Origin: an uncultured bacterium
Lineage (GTDB): Bacteria > Babelota > Babeliae > Babelales > Vermiphilaceae
Reading direction: 5' to 3'
Assembly (NCBI GenBank): GCA_963701085.1
Contig: OY969561.1
Coordinates: forward strand, 128,001-192,000
Length of the DNA stretch: 64,000 bases
The number at the start of each line of letters is the position of its first letter. Within the stretch, counting starts at the first letter, position 1. Below, in pieces: positions 19,085 through 27,884 of the stretch. Below the pieces are notes generated by a model that had not been told where the DNA came from, ran no database searches, and saw only the letters and a program-made list of their open reading frames with translations. Made by a program: the position numbers and the translations under genes.

Positions 19085-19567
19085 ATGAATACATTTCGTA
19101 CCGTTTCTCGTGTTTTAGTTGTGTCAGCAGTCGCTTTTGTTGGTAATGCAACAGCTGCTTGTCCTCTTTTTGAAAGTAAATTATGTGGTTTGGTTGGACA
19201 GAATAAAGCAACTATTGCGAGTGCTTTTACTGCAGATAAGATGTTTGATAAAAATGACCATTTTAAAAAAGCATTTATGGGAACAGTAGGATATGCAGCA
19301 GATCATCCCAAGTCTGATATAAATTTTGCGGAACGTCTTGCTGTTGATTACATAATTCGTAGAGCGAGTGATGCAATTGGGTTGGATGGATTACGCAATG
19401 CAGCATTAAAACAATGTGATGTGTTACCAGAAGGTATGATAAGGGATACCGTTAATTCAGCGGTACAAGGGGCTGCAGAATTGGTTACACATTCAGAAAT
19501 GCTTACACTTTTGTCGATGGAGTATGTAATACTACCTTTTTTTGCTGCTAAAAAGACCGGCAACTAA
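19085..19567 (+). CDS. Secreted protein, tandem paralog 1 of 4
   Basis: Signal MNTFRTVSRVLVV...ATA; CDxLP...VTHxE motif. Confidence 0.75.
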   Translation: MNTFRTVSRVLVVSAVAFVGNATAACPLFESKLCGLVGQNKATIASAFTADKMFDKNDHFKKAFMGTVGYAADHPKSDINFAERLAVDYIIRRASDAIGLDGLRNAALKQCDVLPEGMIRDTVNSAVQGAAELVTHSEMLTLLSMEYVILPFFAAKKTGN

Positions 19568-19587
19568 TTTTATAGTGATGTGATGTA

Positions 19588-19617
19588 AAGAGAGGTTGTA
19601 AAAAGCCTCTCTTTTTT
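19588..19617 (+). terminator. Intrinsic terminator
   Basis: AAAGAGAGGTT...AGCCTCTCTTTTTT. Confidence 0.7.
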
Positions 19618-19646
19618 TGATCTATTTTATAAAAAAGGATTTTTTA

Positions 19647-20174
19647 ATGAATACATTTTGTACAGTTTTGCGTGTTTCAGTTGTATTAGTAGTTGCATGC
19701 GTAAGCAATGTAAATGGTGACAATGGATCAAGTAAGAAGTTCAGTCAAACGTTGAATCAGGGATTTAAATTTGCTGTTACAACAACACATGATAGTAAGT
19801 TTATGATTGCGGGTACTTTCCTTGCAGACCATGCAGAAAATAGTATTCTCGGAAAGGCAGCTGTAGAAACCGCTGGTTATGCGCTCGATTCAAGCAAGTG
19901 TAATTTATCTGATGTTGACTTTGAAAACGTTGGCAAACATTTTATCATAAATTATGGCATTCGCAGAGTTGGTAATGAGTTGAATAGCAGAGGTTACACG
20001 CTTGACCCCATCGTCAACGCATGTGATCAGTTGCCAGCCGGTGTCAGCGCTGTTGTTAATCCTGTGGTAAAACCGCTTATACAAACGGTTACTCATCCTG
20101 AAGCGCTTACCCTTGCCGCTTTATATACATTGAATAATTTTGTTATTCCTTATCTTGAGAGTGGCAAAGAATAA
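19647..20174 (+). CDS. Secreted protein, tandem paralog 2 of 4
   Basis: MNTFCTVLRV...; KAAVETAGYA, NYGIRR, CDQLP, VTHPE. Confidence 0.75.
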   Translation: MNTFCTVLRVSVVLVVACVSNVNGDNGSSKKFSQTLNQGFKFAVTTTHDSKFMIAGTFLADHAENSILGKAAVETAGYALDSSKCNLSDVDFENVGKHFIINYGIRRVGNELNSRGYTLDPIVNACDQLPAGVSAVVNPVVKPLIQTVTHPEALTLAALYTLNNFVIPYLESGKE

Positions 20175-20255
20175 TGGAGCCTTTAAAGACTCGCAAATTT
20201 TCTGTTTTATGGTATTTTGTTTATAGGGTATAACCATTATAAACAAAGGTTTTTT

Positions 20256-20800
20256 ATGAATTTCTTAGGGATAATGTATCGAGTTTTAGTCGTTTTGGCG
20301 GTGGTGGTTGTTGGTAATACAAGAGCGAGTGAAAGGTTTAATAAAGCTAGTGATTATGATTTTTTCAAAGTCGACCAGGTAAACTTTTGAATGATAATAG
20401 ATGCACTTTAATGGGCAGTGTTTTTGTAAATAAGATGATTAATAAAGATGATCTTCTTACAAAGGCAGCTGTAGAAACAACTTTTTATGCATTAAATAAT
20501 GCATCTTTGGAAATGGGTCAGTGGATCTTGTGGATATTGATCTTAAAGATGCCGCAGAACATTTTCTATTGAATGTTGCTATTCGTAAGGCTGGTCAAGA
20601 GTTTGGGAAAAAGAGTAATCACGCTTGATGCTGCGGCAAAAAAATGTGATGGGTTGCCAGTGCCGGCAGGCGTTAAGTATTATCTGGATCCTGTAGTAAG
20701 AGAAGTCGCAGAGCAAACTACAGAGCCTGAGATGCTCATGTTTATTACTTGGAAGCTAATGCCAATGGTTGTTAGTATGCTAGCTTCAAAAAAATCGTAA
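20256..20800 (+). pseudogene. Tandem paralog 3 of 4, broken by several frameshifts (or sequencing errors)
   Basis: Leader MNFLGIMYRVLVVLAV at 20256; KAAVETTFYA and CDGLP...TTEPE lie in different frames. Confidence 0.7.
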
Positions 20801-20861
20801 CCGCTCAAATCAATTTTGGTACGTCATCATTATAATATAAGTGTTATTAACAAAGGTTTTT

Positions 20862-21425
20862 ATGAGTTTTTTAGGGACAATGTATCGAGTTTTAGTCGTT
20901 TTGGCGGTAGTGTTTGTGAGTAATACAAGAGCAGTAGAGCTGCGCAATTGCGCCAAACCAGTGTTTATGGGTGTAGGGTCTGTTCTGATTAATGAGAAGA
21001 AAGCTACTGAGTTATTTGGTGAAGAATATATTTCTGCTCGTAAGCAGGTTATTATCGGTAAGGCTGTTGCAGGAGCATTGGCTAATACAAGTAGTGATTC
21101 TTTGGCTACATTTCGTATTATTATTAAAGGTGAAGATGGCCTTGAAATTGAAAATTGGTTTGCTAAAGAAACTAGAGATAGAGTTACCGTAGTAGAAAAC
21201 TCTGCAATTGTAGGATATGTTGCTGTTAATGGTGCCTTACGATTTGGAGGCGATTATTTTTCTTTTGATGAAAAATTTATTGATAAAAAATGCGATGAGT
21301 ATTTGCCAGAGAATGTAGCATGGGTTGCCAAACCAGTAGCGACTTTTATTGTTGATCTTGCGTATGATTATGTCACTGTTCAATTGGTAAAAGGTTTTAT
21401 AGGTGGTAGTAATAAGGCAGATTAA
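20862..21425 (+). CDS. Secreted protein, tandem paralog 4 of 4
   Basis: Leader nearly identical to that at 20256; KKCDEYLPE...KPV motif. Confidence 0.7.
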   Translation: MSFLGTMYRVLVVLAVVFVSNTRAVELRNCAKPVFMGVGSVLINEKKATELFGEEYISARKQVIIGKAVAGALANTSSDSLATFRIIIKGEDGLEIENWFAKETRDRVTVVENSAIVGYVAVNGALRFGGDYFSFDEKFIDKKCDEYLPENVAWVAKPVATFIVDLAYDYVTVQLVKGFIGGSNKAD

Positions 21426-21449
21426 TAATTATTTTTTGCTATAAATAGT

Positions 21450-21480
21450 AAGAGGGGCTTGTTTCAGGCCCCTCTTTTTT
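21450..21480. terminator. Terminator between convergent genes
   Basis: AAGAGGGGC...GCCCCTCTTTTTT. Confidence 0.75.
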
Positions 21481-21485
21481 GCGTT

Positions 21486-22964
21486 TTATTGTTTGCTAAC
21501 AAGTTCTTGTAGTGCAATGCGCACATTTTCCATAACACCATCATAATCGAATGGTTTTTGTTGTTTAAAAATGCGTAATCCTGGATACCAGTATGAATCA
21601 GTGCGGTGGCAGATCCAGCGCCAATCAGCGGTAGCATACGGATGCAGTAGCCATACTTGTGTACCAAGTCCGCCAGCAAGATGTGTCATTGCGGTATCAA
21701 CCGTGATGACCAAATCAAGATTTTTAATCAGTGCTGCCGTATCCATAAACGGTCCTGATTGTTCATCAAAATTATCAAAAACGTGGAGCTGAAAATCTGA
21801 TGGTAATGTGCTTAGTTGTTCAACGCCATCATATTTTTGCAAATTATAAAAACTAACGCCATCAATTGTGCTCAGGGGTGCAAAGTTTTGTAGTGGAACT
21901 CCGCGGCGAGCAATAGGCAACTTTGATGGAATGTCATTATGGAGATCTGCTTGCCAACAGATGCCAACTTTAAAATTGGTGTCAGTGGCAAGTTGTTGTT
22001 TCCAATAGGCAACAAGTGCTGGGTCTGCAAAAAGATACGGAATATTGTGTGGTACGGTAGTATCATTATCGCCGAAAATTGCGGGTAAACTCATGAGTGT
22101 TGCATCAGCGTTATATTCTGGTAGCGCTGCGCCGCATGGGATCAGTTGGTCAATATAGTTGCAGCGAGAAAGCAGTGGTATGAGTGGTTTTTGACATGCA
22201 ACAATAACATCCGCACCCATATTTTTTAAACATTCTGCATAGCGTACAAAATTGAGTGTGTCACCAAGGCCACCTTCGGGGCGTAACAGAATTTTTTTAT
22301 ATGATACTGCATCGTCATGCAACAGTTGGCGTAATGCATCACCATTTTTCCCGCTTTGTGTAAGATAGCGGCTGTGCTGCTTCCATCCATTTTCAAAATC
22401 TCCCTTGGTAATGTAGGCAAAACCAAGACCAAGTTGTGCTGCTTGATATTCGGGATTTGTTTGAATGATCTGTTGATAGAGTTCAATTGCGGTATCGATA
22501 TCACCTATTGTTTTATAGGTGAATGCTTTGTTATAGCGTGCTGGTAATGCTTGTGGGTTGAGGGTGATGGTAGCATCAAATGCGGCGATCGCTTTTTCTC
22601 CTTGACCAATAGCAAGATAGCAACAACCAAGATTGAATAGTGCTGAGATGTTGTATGGTTCGTTATGTATTATTTCTTCATAGCAAGAAATTGCATCAGC
22701 GAACTGTTCATTTTTTTGATATTCCATTCCTGTTTCAAGGGATGGGATTGCGTGGATGTGGATGTGAATAAGCACAGTGTCGTTATTATTCTCGCGCTCG
22801 CCCTGAACTTGTTGAAGGGTTTCTTTGAGCGCTCGAAGACATCCTTCAAGCCGTCCTTCGCCGAGGCTTCGGAGGCCAGGCGGGTGTTTACTGCTGAGCA
22901 ATGTCGAAGCATCAGGACGAGCGGAGGAGAAAATACAAAAAAGTTTGATATTATTTTTTTTCAT
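21486..22964 (-). CDS. TPR-repeat glycosyltransferase family 9-like protein with repeat-derived N-terminal insert
   Basis: TPR repeats; EGGLGD..FVRY, KVGICWQ, F.DTAA....LDLVITVDT...HLAG.LG, DWRW, WYP..R.F.Q. Confidence 0.85.
   Translation of the reverse strand: MKKNNIKLFCIFSSARPDASTLLSSKHPPGLRSLGEGRLEGCLRALKETLQQVQGERENNNDTVLIHIHIHAIPSLETGMEYQKNEQFADAISCYEEIIHNEPYNISALFNLGCCYLAIGQGEKAIAAFDATITLNPQALPARYNKAFTYKTIGDIDTAIELYQQIIQTNPEYQAAQLGLGFAYITKGDFENGWKQHSRYLTQSGKNGDALRQLLHDDAVSYKKILLRPEGGLGDTLNFVRYAECLKNMGADVIVACQKPLIPLLSRCNYIDQLIPCGAALPEYNADATLMSLPAIFGDNDTTVPHNIPYLFADPALVAYWKQQLATDTNFKVGICWQADLHNDIPSKLPIARRGVPLQNFAPLSTIDGVSFYNLQKYDGVEQLSTLPSDFQLHVFDNFDEQSGPFMDTAALIKNLDLVITVDTAMTHLAGGLGTQVWLLHPYATADWRWICHRTDSYWYPGLRIFKQQKPFDYDGVMENVRIALQELVSKQ
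22793..22924. repeat. Composite repeat: type A with type C (22850-22880) and type D (22886-22911) nested in its right arm, inside a CDS
   Basis: TCCTTCAA|C insert|CGGGT|D insert|TCAGGACGAGCGG; about 132 nt; host ORF stays open. Confidence 0.9.
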
Positions 22965-24835
22965 TATTTTTCCCTATATGTTTTGCGAGTTCAACAGCAA
23001 CTTCTTTAATCATAGATTGCCAATCACCTGGCGTAGGTTGTTTGAATAGGCGAGTGATGTTTGGATACCATGGAGAATCATTGCGATCTATCATCCAGCG
23101 CCAATCAGCAGGGTTCGGGAGCATAATCCATGTTGGTGTGCCAAGCCCACTTGCAAGATGGCTGATTGATGTATCAACCGTGATAATAAGATCGAGATTT
23201 TTTATTACCGCAGCAGTATCCATAAAACGACCATTGCTCTGATCAAAATCACCATCAAACGTGATAATGCGCATGCCTTCTGGTAAATCCTTAAGTTGAT
23301 CGGTGCCGGTTGTTTTTTGCAGGCTGTAAACAGTTACGCCGGGAACGTTGCAAATAGGTGCAAACTCTTTTGGATGTACTGATTTTTGGGCAACGGTTGC
23401 GCGTAATAATGGTGTTGCATAGTTATCATTTCCTTGCCAACAGATGCCAATTTTAAAGTTTTTATCCGCGGATAATTTTTGTTTCCAATCAGCTACTAAT
23501 TTTTCATCAGCATAAAGGTATGGAATTTCACAGGGAACAGTATCAAGGCGTGTTTTCAGAACATACGGTAATGATAACAATGGTGAATGAACATCAAAGT
23601 GTGGGGGGGTGTCATCGAGTGAAATCACTTGATCGATATGTTTGCAACGTTTCATGAGGGTGACGAGTGGTTTTTGTACTGCAGCAATAACAATGCCATT
23701 TTTTTCTTTGATCAATTTCGCGTAACGAATAAATTGAAACGTATCGCCAAGCCCTTGTTCTGCGTGAATTAAAATTGTTTTGCCTTGTAAATCTGATCCA
23801 TCCCAGCGTGGTTCAGAGTAGCTGCGCAATGATCCTTGAGAAGGGCGGTCTGTAGCGCCATTCATATCCATGCCATCCGCGTTCAAAATCGCCGATTACA
23901 AGATACGCAAGGCCGCGACTAAAGAGTGCCTCTGCATGGTTGGGATTAAGCTCGAGTACTTTATTATAGTAAGGGAGTGCTTGATCCAAGTAACCAAATT
24001 TTTTGTAAGTGAATGCAATGTTGTATAAAATTGATGGATTGTTTGGTAGTTGACGGTTAAGATCTTGGTATATTGCGAGTGATTCATCAAGTCTGTTGAC
24101 GGTGTTATAAACATTAGCAAGTTCAAAGGTTAAGTTGATATGGCCTGGTTCAAGGGTAAGCCCATCAGTAATAATATTAAGTGCTTGATTAAAAAGATGT
24201 TTATCATTGTAAACGCGTGCAAGTAATAGACGCGTGTCAGGGTCATTGGGGTTAAGAATGAGTGCTTGTTTAAATGGTTCAATTGCATCGCCTGCTTGTT
24301 TGACATCCGTCATTACTTTGCCAATTTGAATGTATGCACGATAGTGATCTTTTTTATGCTGAATTGTTTTTTTATACGCATATAACGCCTCAGAATATTT
24401 TTTTGCATAATAGAGTGCTTGACCAAGATTGAAAAATATCTGTGCGCAGGTGGGATTTAATGCAAGTGCTTGTTTGTAAAATGCAATTGCTTCATCATAC
24501 TGTTCTGCGGTAAAAAGGCCATTTGCATGTTTGCTGAGTGCTTCAAAAGATTGGTAGTCGATATATGAGTGTGGTTGTGGTTTTTTGAGATAATTTTCTA
24601 TTGCGGTAAACGTAACTTGTTTGTTTGCATTGCAAAGGGATGTAGTGAGTAGTAGAAGGATTACCCTTCGATACATTCTCCTGTGGAGAACACTCAGGGC
24701 GAGCGGGAAGAGAAATATATTATTCTTAAGGATTGCGGTAAATTCTAGCCCGCTCGTCCTGAGTGCCACCGTAGGTGGTGTATCGAAGGATGGTGCGGAA
24801 GAAAAACGTAGAATAGTTTGTTTAGTTGTATTCAT
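22951..24835 (-). CDS. TPR-repeat glycosyltransferase family 9-like protein, split by a 1-nt frameshift near 23850
   Basis: TPR repeats to GWHGYEWRY (ORF 23813..24835), then WDGSDL.GK.I...EQGLGD (ORF 22951..23886). Confidence 0.85.
24664..24790. repeat. Two type B repeats in inverted orientation (24664-24707, 24749-24790) inside the 5' end of a CDS
   Basis: CCCTTCGATAC-ATTCTCC TGT GGAGAAC-ACTCAGGGCGAGCGGG and a reverse copy with a CCACC/GGTGG inner stem. Confidence 0.9.
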
Positions 24836-24915
24836 AAAAAACTCCTTTTTTGTGCGCTTCTATTTCTGCTTTGTTATACACAAAAAAGGAGTTTTAATCA
24901 ATTTGATTAATAGTC

Positions 24916-24944
24916 TTTACCCATTTGCCCATTTGTGGTATGAT
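24916..24944 (+). promoter_or_regulatory. Sigma70-like promoter of the TA pair with tandem CCCATTTG repeats
   Basis: TTTACC-17 nt-TATGAT with TG at the extended -10; CCCATTTG at 24920-24927 and 24928-24935. Confidence 0.55.
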
Positions 24945-24965
24945 GTGTTATAAGAGGTACCAATT

Positions 24966-25226
24966 ATGAAAAAAGAAACAAAATACGTAAAAATAGATTC
25001 CCGTAATCGTATTACCATACCAAAAAAGCTATCTGAGGGCATGTCTCATCTGTATGAGATATATGAGAAAGATGGGAAGATTATTCTTGAGCCAGTTTAT
25101 GAGGTTCCTAAAGAAGAAAAATGGTTGTTTGATCCTAAAAATAGGGCAATCGTTGATGAACTTAAGGCAGCACTCAAAGAAAAGGCTCACATAAGAATAG
25201 ATTTAAGCCAATTTGAAGAAGAATAA
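24966..25226 (+). CDS. AbrB/MazE/SpoVT-like antitoxin
   Basis: KIDSRNRITIPK...GKIILEP swapped-hairpin pattern; precedes a toxin-like gene. Confidence 0.8.
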   Translation: MKKETKYVKIDSRNRITIPKKLSEGMSHLYEIYEKDGKIILEPVYEVPKEEKWLFDPKNRAIVDELKAALKEKAHIRIDLSQFEEE

Positions 25227-25229
25227 TTA

Positions 25230-25526
25230 ATGACTTTTATATTGGAATATTCGGACACAGCGGCGAGACATTTTATGAGTCTCAAGGCTGATTCTTCGAA
25301 ACATAGAATTTTCAAGGACGTTGTTAAAGCTTTGCGGTACATGGAAAGTAATTTGCGGCATCCATCTTTAAACACTCATGAATACCATACTCTTAAAGGT
25401 CCTGGCGGTGAAAAGGTATTTGAGTCATATGCCCAACAAAAAACGCCTGGAGCATATCGAATATTTTGGCACTATGGTCCTGGTAAAAATATCATTTCAA
25501 TATTAGCAATTATACCTCATCCTTAA
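25230..25526 (+). CDS. RelE/ParE-superfamily toxin
   Basis: HPSL.TH, FESY, AYRIFWHY, I.AI.PHP; 3 nt downstream of the antitoxin. Confidence 0.75.
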   Translation: MTFILEYSDTAARHFMSLKADSSKHRIFKDVVKALRYMESNLRHPSLNTHEYHTLKGPGGEKVFESYAQQKTPGAYRIFWHYGPGKNIISILAIIPHP

Positions 25527-25573
25527 AATTTGATTACAAAACACGATCAAAGAAAAATCAAAACAATTGGCTA

Positions 25574-25621
25574 AAAAAAAGTGTTGTATAGTACTTGCAA
25601 GTACTATACAACACTTTTTTT
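25574..25621. terminator. Perfect 48-bp palindrome between convergent genes (bidirectional terminator)
   Basis: A7-GTGTTGTATAGTACTTG|CAAGTACTATACAACAC-T7. Confidence 0.7.
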
Positions 25622-25633
25622 AATAAAATCAAT

Positions 25634-26743
25634 TTACAGTTCGCTTGGCGTCCACTTATTAATATATTCAACAAGAGGCGCAATGCTTTTTTTTGTAAGG
25701 GATGAAACAACAACGTGTGGCTCGTATTGTTCAATGGCTCCCGCTAAAAGCGTTGTATCAATTTTGTCGGCCTTGTTAAATACATAGAGTATTGGTGTTT
25801 CAATATTGAGGTCTTCAAGGATGTCGTTAACAACATGGATATGGTTTCGCCAGCCTGTATCGGCAATATCAACAACATGTAATAATAAATCAGCATAATG
25901 TAATTCTGAAAGTGTTGATTTAAATGCGTCAATTAATCGTGGAGGGAGTTGTTGAATAAATCCAACGGTATCAGAAATGGTACCCTTTTTTGTGCCATGA
26001 ATAAACAGTGAGCGTGTTGTTGTATCAAGGGTTGCAAACAGTTTATCTTCCGCCAAAACATTACTGTTGGTCAGTATGTTTAATATGGTTGATTTACCCG
26101 CGTTGGTATATCCAATAAGACAGACATTGGGCTCATTGTTGTTCAAGCGTTGTTTGCGGCGTGTTTCGCGCGCACTGTGCATTTTTGCAAGATGTCTTTT
26201 GATTTGTAAAATACCATCTTCAATATGACGGGTTTCTTTTTCTTTTGCCGTTTCACCAAAGCCGCCACGAACACCAATGGCGCCACATTGTTGGCCAAAA
26301 TGGATACCGCGACCAGAAAGGCGTGATTTTTTATGCTGTAGTTGAGCGATGGCAACTTGGAGCTTACCTTCTGCGGTATGAGCTGATTTTTCGAAAATTT
26401 CTAAAATAAGTTCAGTTCTATCAAAAATGTTACAATCAAATAATTCTCCCAAATTGCCGGCTTGGCGTGAAGAAAGAGGTTCAGATATAATTACCTGCTC
26501 AATTCCGTTTTCATCGCAAAATAACTTAATTTCATCTCGTTTACCCTTGGTTAAAAAATAACCAGGATCAATGGTACGAATTTTTATATTAAGCTCTTCA
26601 GCATCACGGACACCATTGGTGCGTGCTAAGTTACGAAATTCTTCAAAATAGGATTCCGTATTAGCAACATGATTTTGTGGCGATTGTACGCCCAGAAGGA
26701 GGGTTTTTGGGTAGACTACCGTAGAGGTTGCTTGTCTTTTCAT
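25634..26743 (-). CDS. hflX: GTPase HflX
   Basis: DRTELILEIF, GYTNAGKST, LFATLDTT, DTVGFI, NKAD. Confidence 0.95.
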   Translation of the reverse strand: MKRQATSTVVYPKTLLLGVQSPQNHVANTESYFEEFRNLARTNGVRDAEELNIKIRTIDPGYFLTKGKRDEIKLFCDENGIEQVIISEPLSSRQAGNLGELFDCNIFDRTELILEIFEKSAHTAEGKLQVAIAQLQHKKSRLSGRGIHFGQQCGAIGVRGGFGETAKEKETRHIEDGILQIKRHLAKMHSARETRRKQRLNNNEPNVCLIGYTNAGKSTILNILTNSNVLAEDKLFATLDTTTRSLFIHGTKKGTISDTVGFIQQLPPRLIDAFKSTLSELHYADLLLHVVDIADTGWRNHIHVVNDILEDLNIETPILYVFNKADKIDTTLLAGAIEQYEPHVVVSSLTKKSIAPLVEYINKWTPSEL

Positions 26744-26809
26744 GATTTTTTGCCTTATTTAAAAAAAGTGCTGCGCACTTTTCATCGTATTAAGCTTGTA
26801 TGTGTTTCC

Positions 26810-26954
26810 CGCGCTCGCCCTGACCCTTCGGCAAGCTCAGGAGTAAACACCTGCCTTGAGAACTTGCAGTGCCTGCCGAAGCCTTGGCGAAGGCAGGTTG
26901 AAGGGTTTCTTAGAGCGCTCGAAGAGATCCTTCAACAGGTTCAGGACGAGCGCG
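26810..26954. repeat. Composite repeat: type A with type D (26824-26848) and a type C-containing insert (26854-26897) nested in its left arm
   Basis: CCCTGA|D|ACCTG|insert with C|TTGAAGGG-core-CCTTCAACAGGTTCAGGACGAGCGCG. Confidence 0.9.
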
Positions 26955-26981
26955 AAAAGGCAAGAATGATCGGGTTGTCTA

Positions 26982-27727
26982 TATTCTTCTTTGTAATTAT
27001 AGCATAAGTATCAAAAAAATGTAGCGAGGGAACCATGAAAGTGGATTTGTTGATTAGCCAATATAGTTTTTAAGCAATTCTATAATTTTATTATAGTTGA
27101 CTATCGCTAACATAGTTAGGGCTAAGGCAATAATTGAAAATTTCATTGATTGCTGTTTTTGTGATTGTTGTTTCTGTTCCAATTTCTTTAAATATTCTCC
27201 AGGTGTTGCTTCATTTATTGATTGTCGGTAATGTTTCAAAAACTCATGATCTGTTAATTTTTGATTTTTCCAATAAGGTATATTGTCTAGAAGTGGAAGG
27301 AATGATTGATTTTTTTCTATAACGAGCATTTTAATGGCTTCCATATCCTCTATCATTGTACCACTCATTACTCTTATCTGTGTATAGTCAATAAAGTCAG
27401 ATAAAATGTCGTTTCTCATGGTAGGATATCCTTGAGTATTCATTAAGACTTTTGCACGATTTAAGCTACAACTAGTTTGATTTTTGATATATTTTACATA
27501 CTCAGTTATTTCCTTGGCATTCTTGGAATTTATTAGTTCATCAATATACTCATTGGTTGTTTTAAGGGAATCGTTTCTAATGCTCAGGTGCGGATTAAAT
27601 GGCTTGATTTGGTTTTCAGATGCTATAGTGATAAATCCTATATTTATTGTCAATAGAGCGATAAGATAATAATAGTTCATAAAATCCTCATTGTTAATTT
27701 TGATTATTCTTCTTTGTAATTATAGCA
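26982..27727. repeat. Perfect 23-bp direct repeat (26982-27004 and 27705-27727) flanking an orphan gene
   Basis: TATTCTTCTTTGTAATTATAGCA twice; its reverse complement begins TGCTATAAT (extended -10). Confidence 0.9.
27054..27680 (-). CDS. Secreted or membrane-anchored hypothetical protein
   Basis: N-terminal signal, C-terminal TM segment, GAGGA RBS. Confidence 0.7.
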   Translation of the reverse strand: MNYYYLIALLTINIGFITIASENQIKPFNPHLSIRNDSLKTTNEYIDELINSKNAKEITEYVKYIKNQTSCSLNRAKVLMNTQGYPTMRNDILSDFIDYTQIRVMSGTMIEDMEAIKMLVIEKNQSFLPLLDNIPYWKNQKLTDHEFLKHYRQSINEATPGEYLKKLEQKQQSQKQQSMKFSIIALALTMLAIVNYNKIIELLKNYIG

Positions 27728-27884
27728 CAGATGTGCTCAATGGTATAGGCGGATATGGTTAGGCTGGGGTTGGATTTTTCATCTTTTTCTTTTTCCAATG
27801 TTTTTTTTAGAAAAAGTCTGATATTTGTGCTAGGATAGACGCATAAAAATAAGCAAATTCTTTTTCCTTAAAAGGGCTTTTGGT

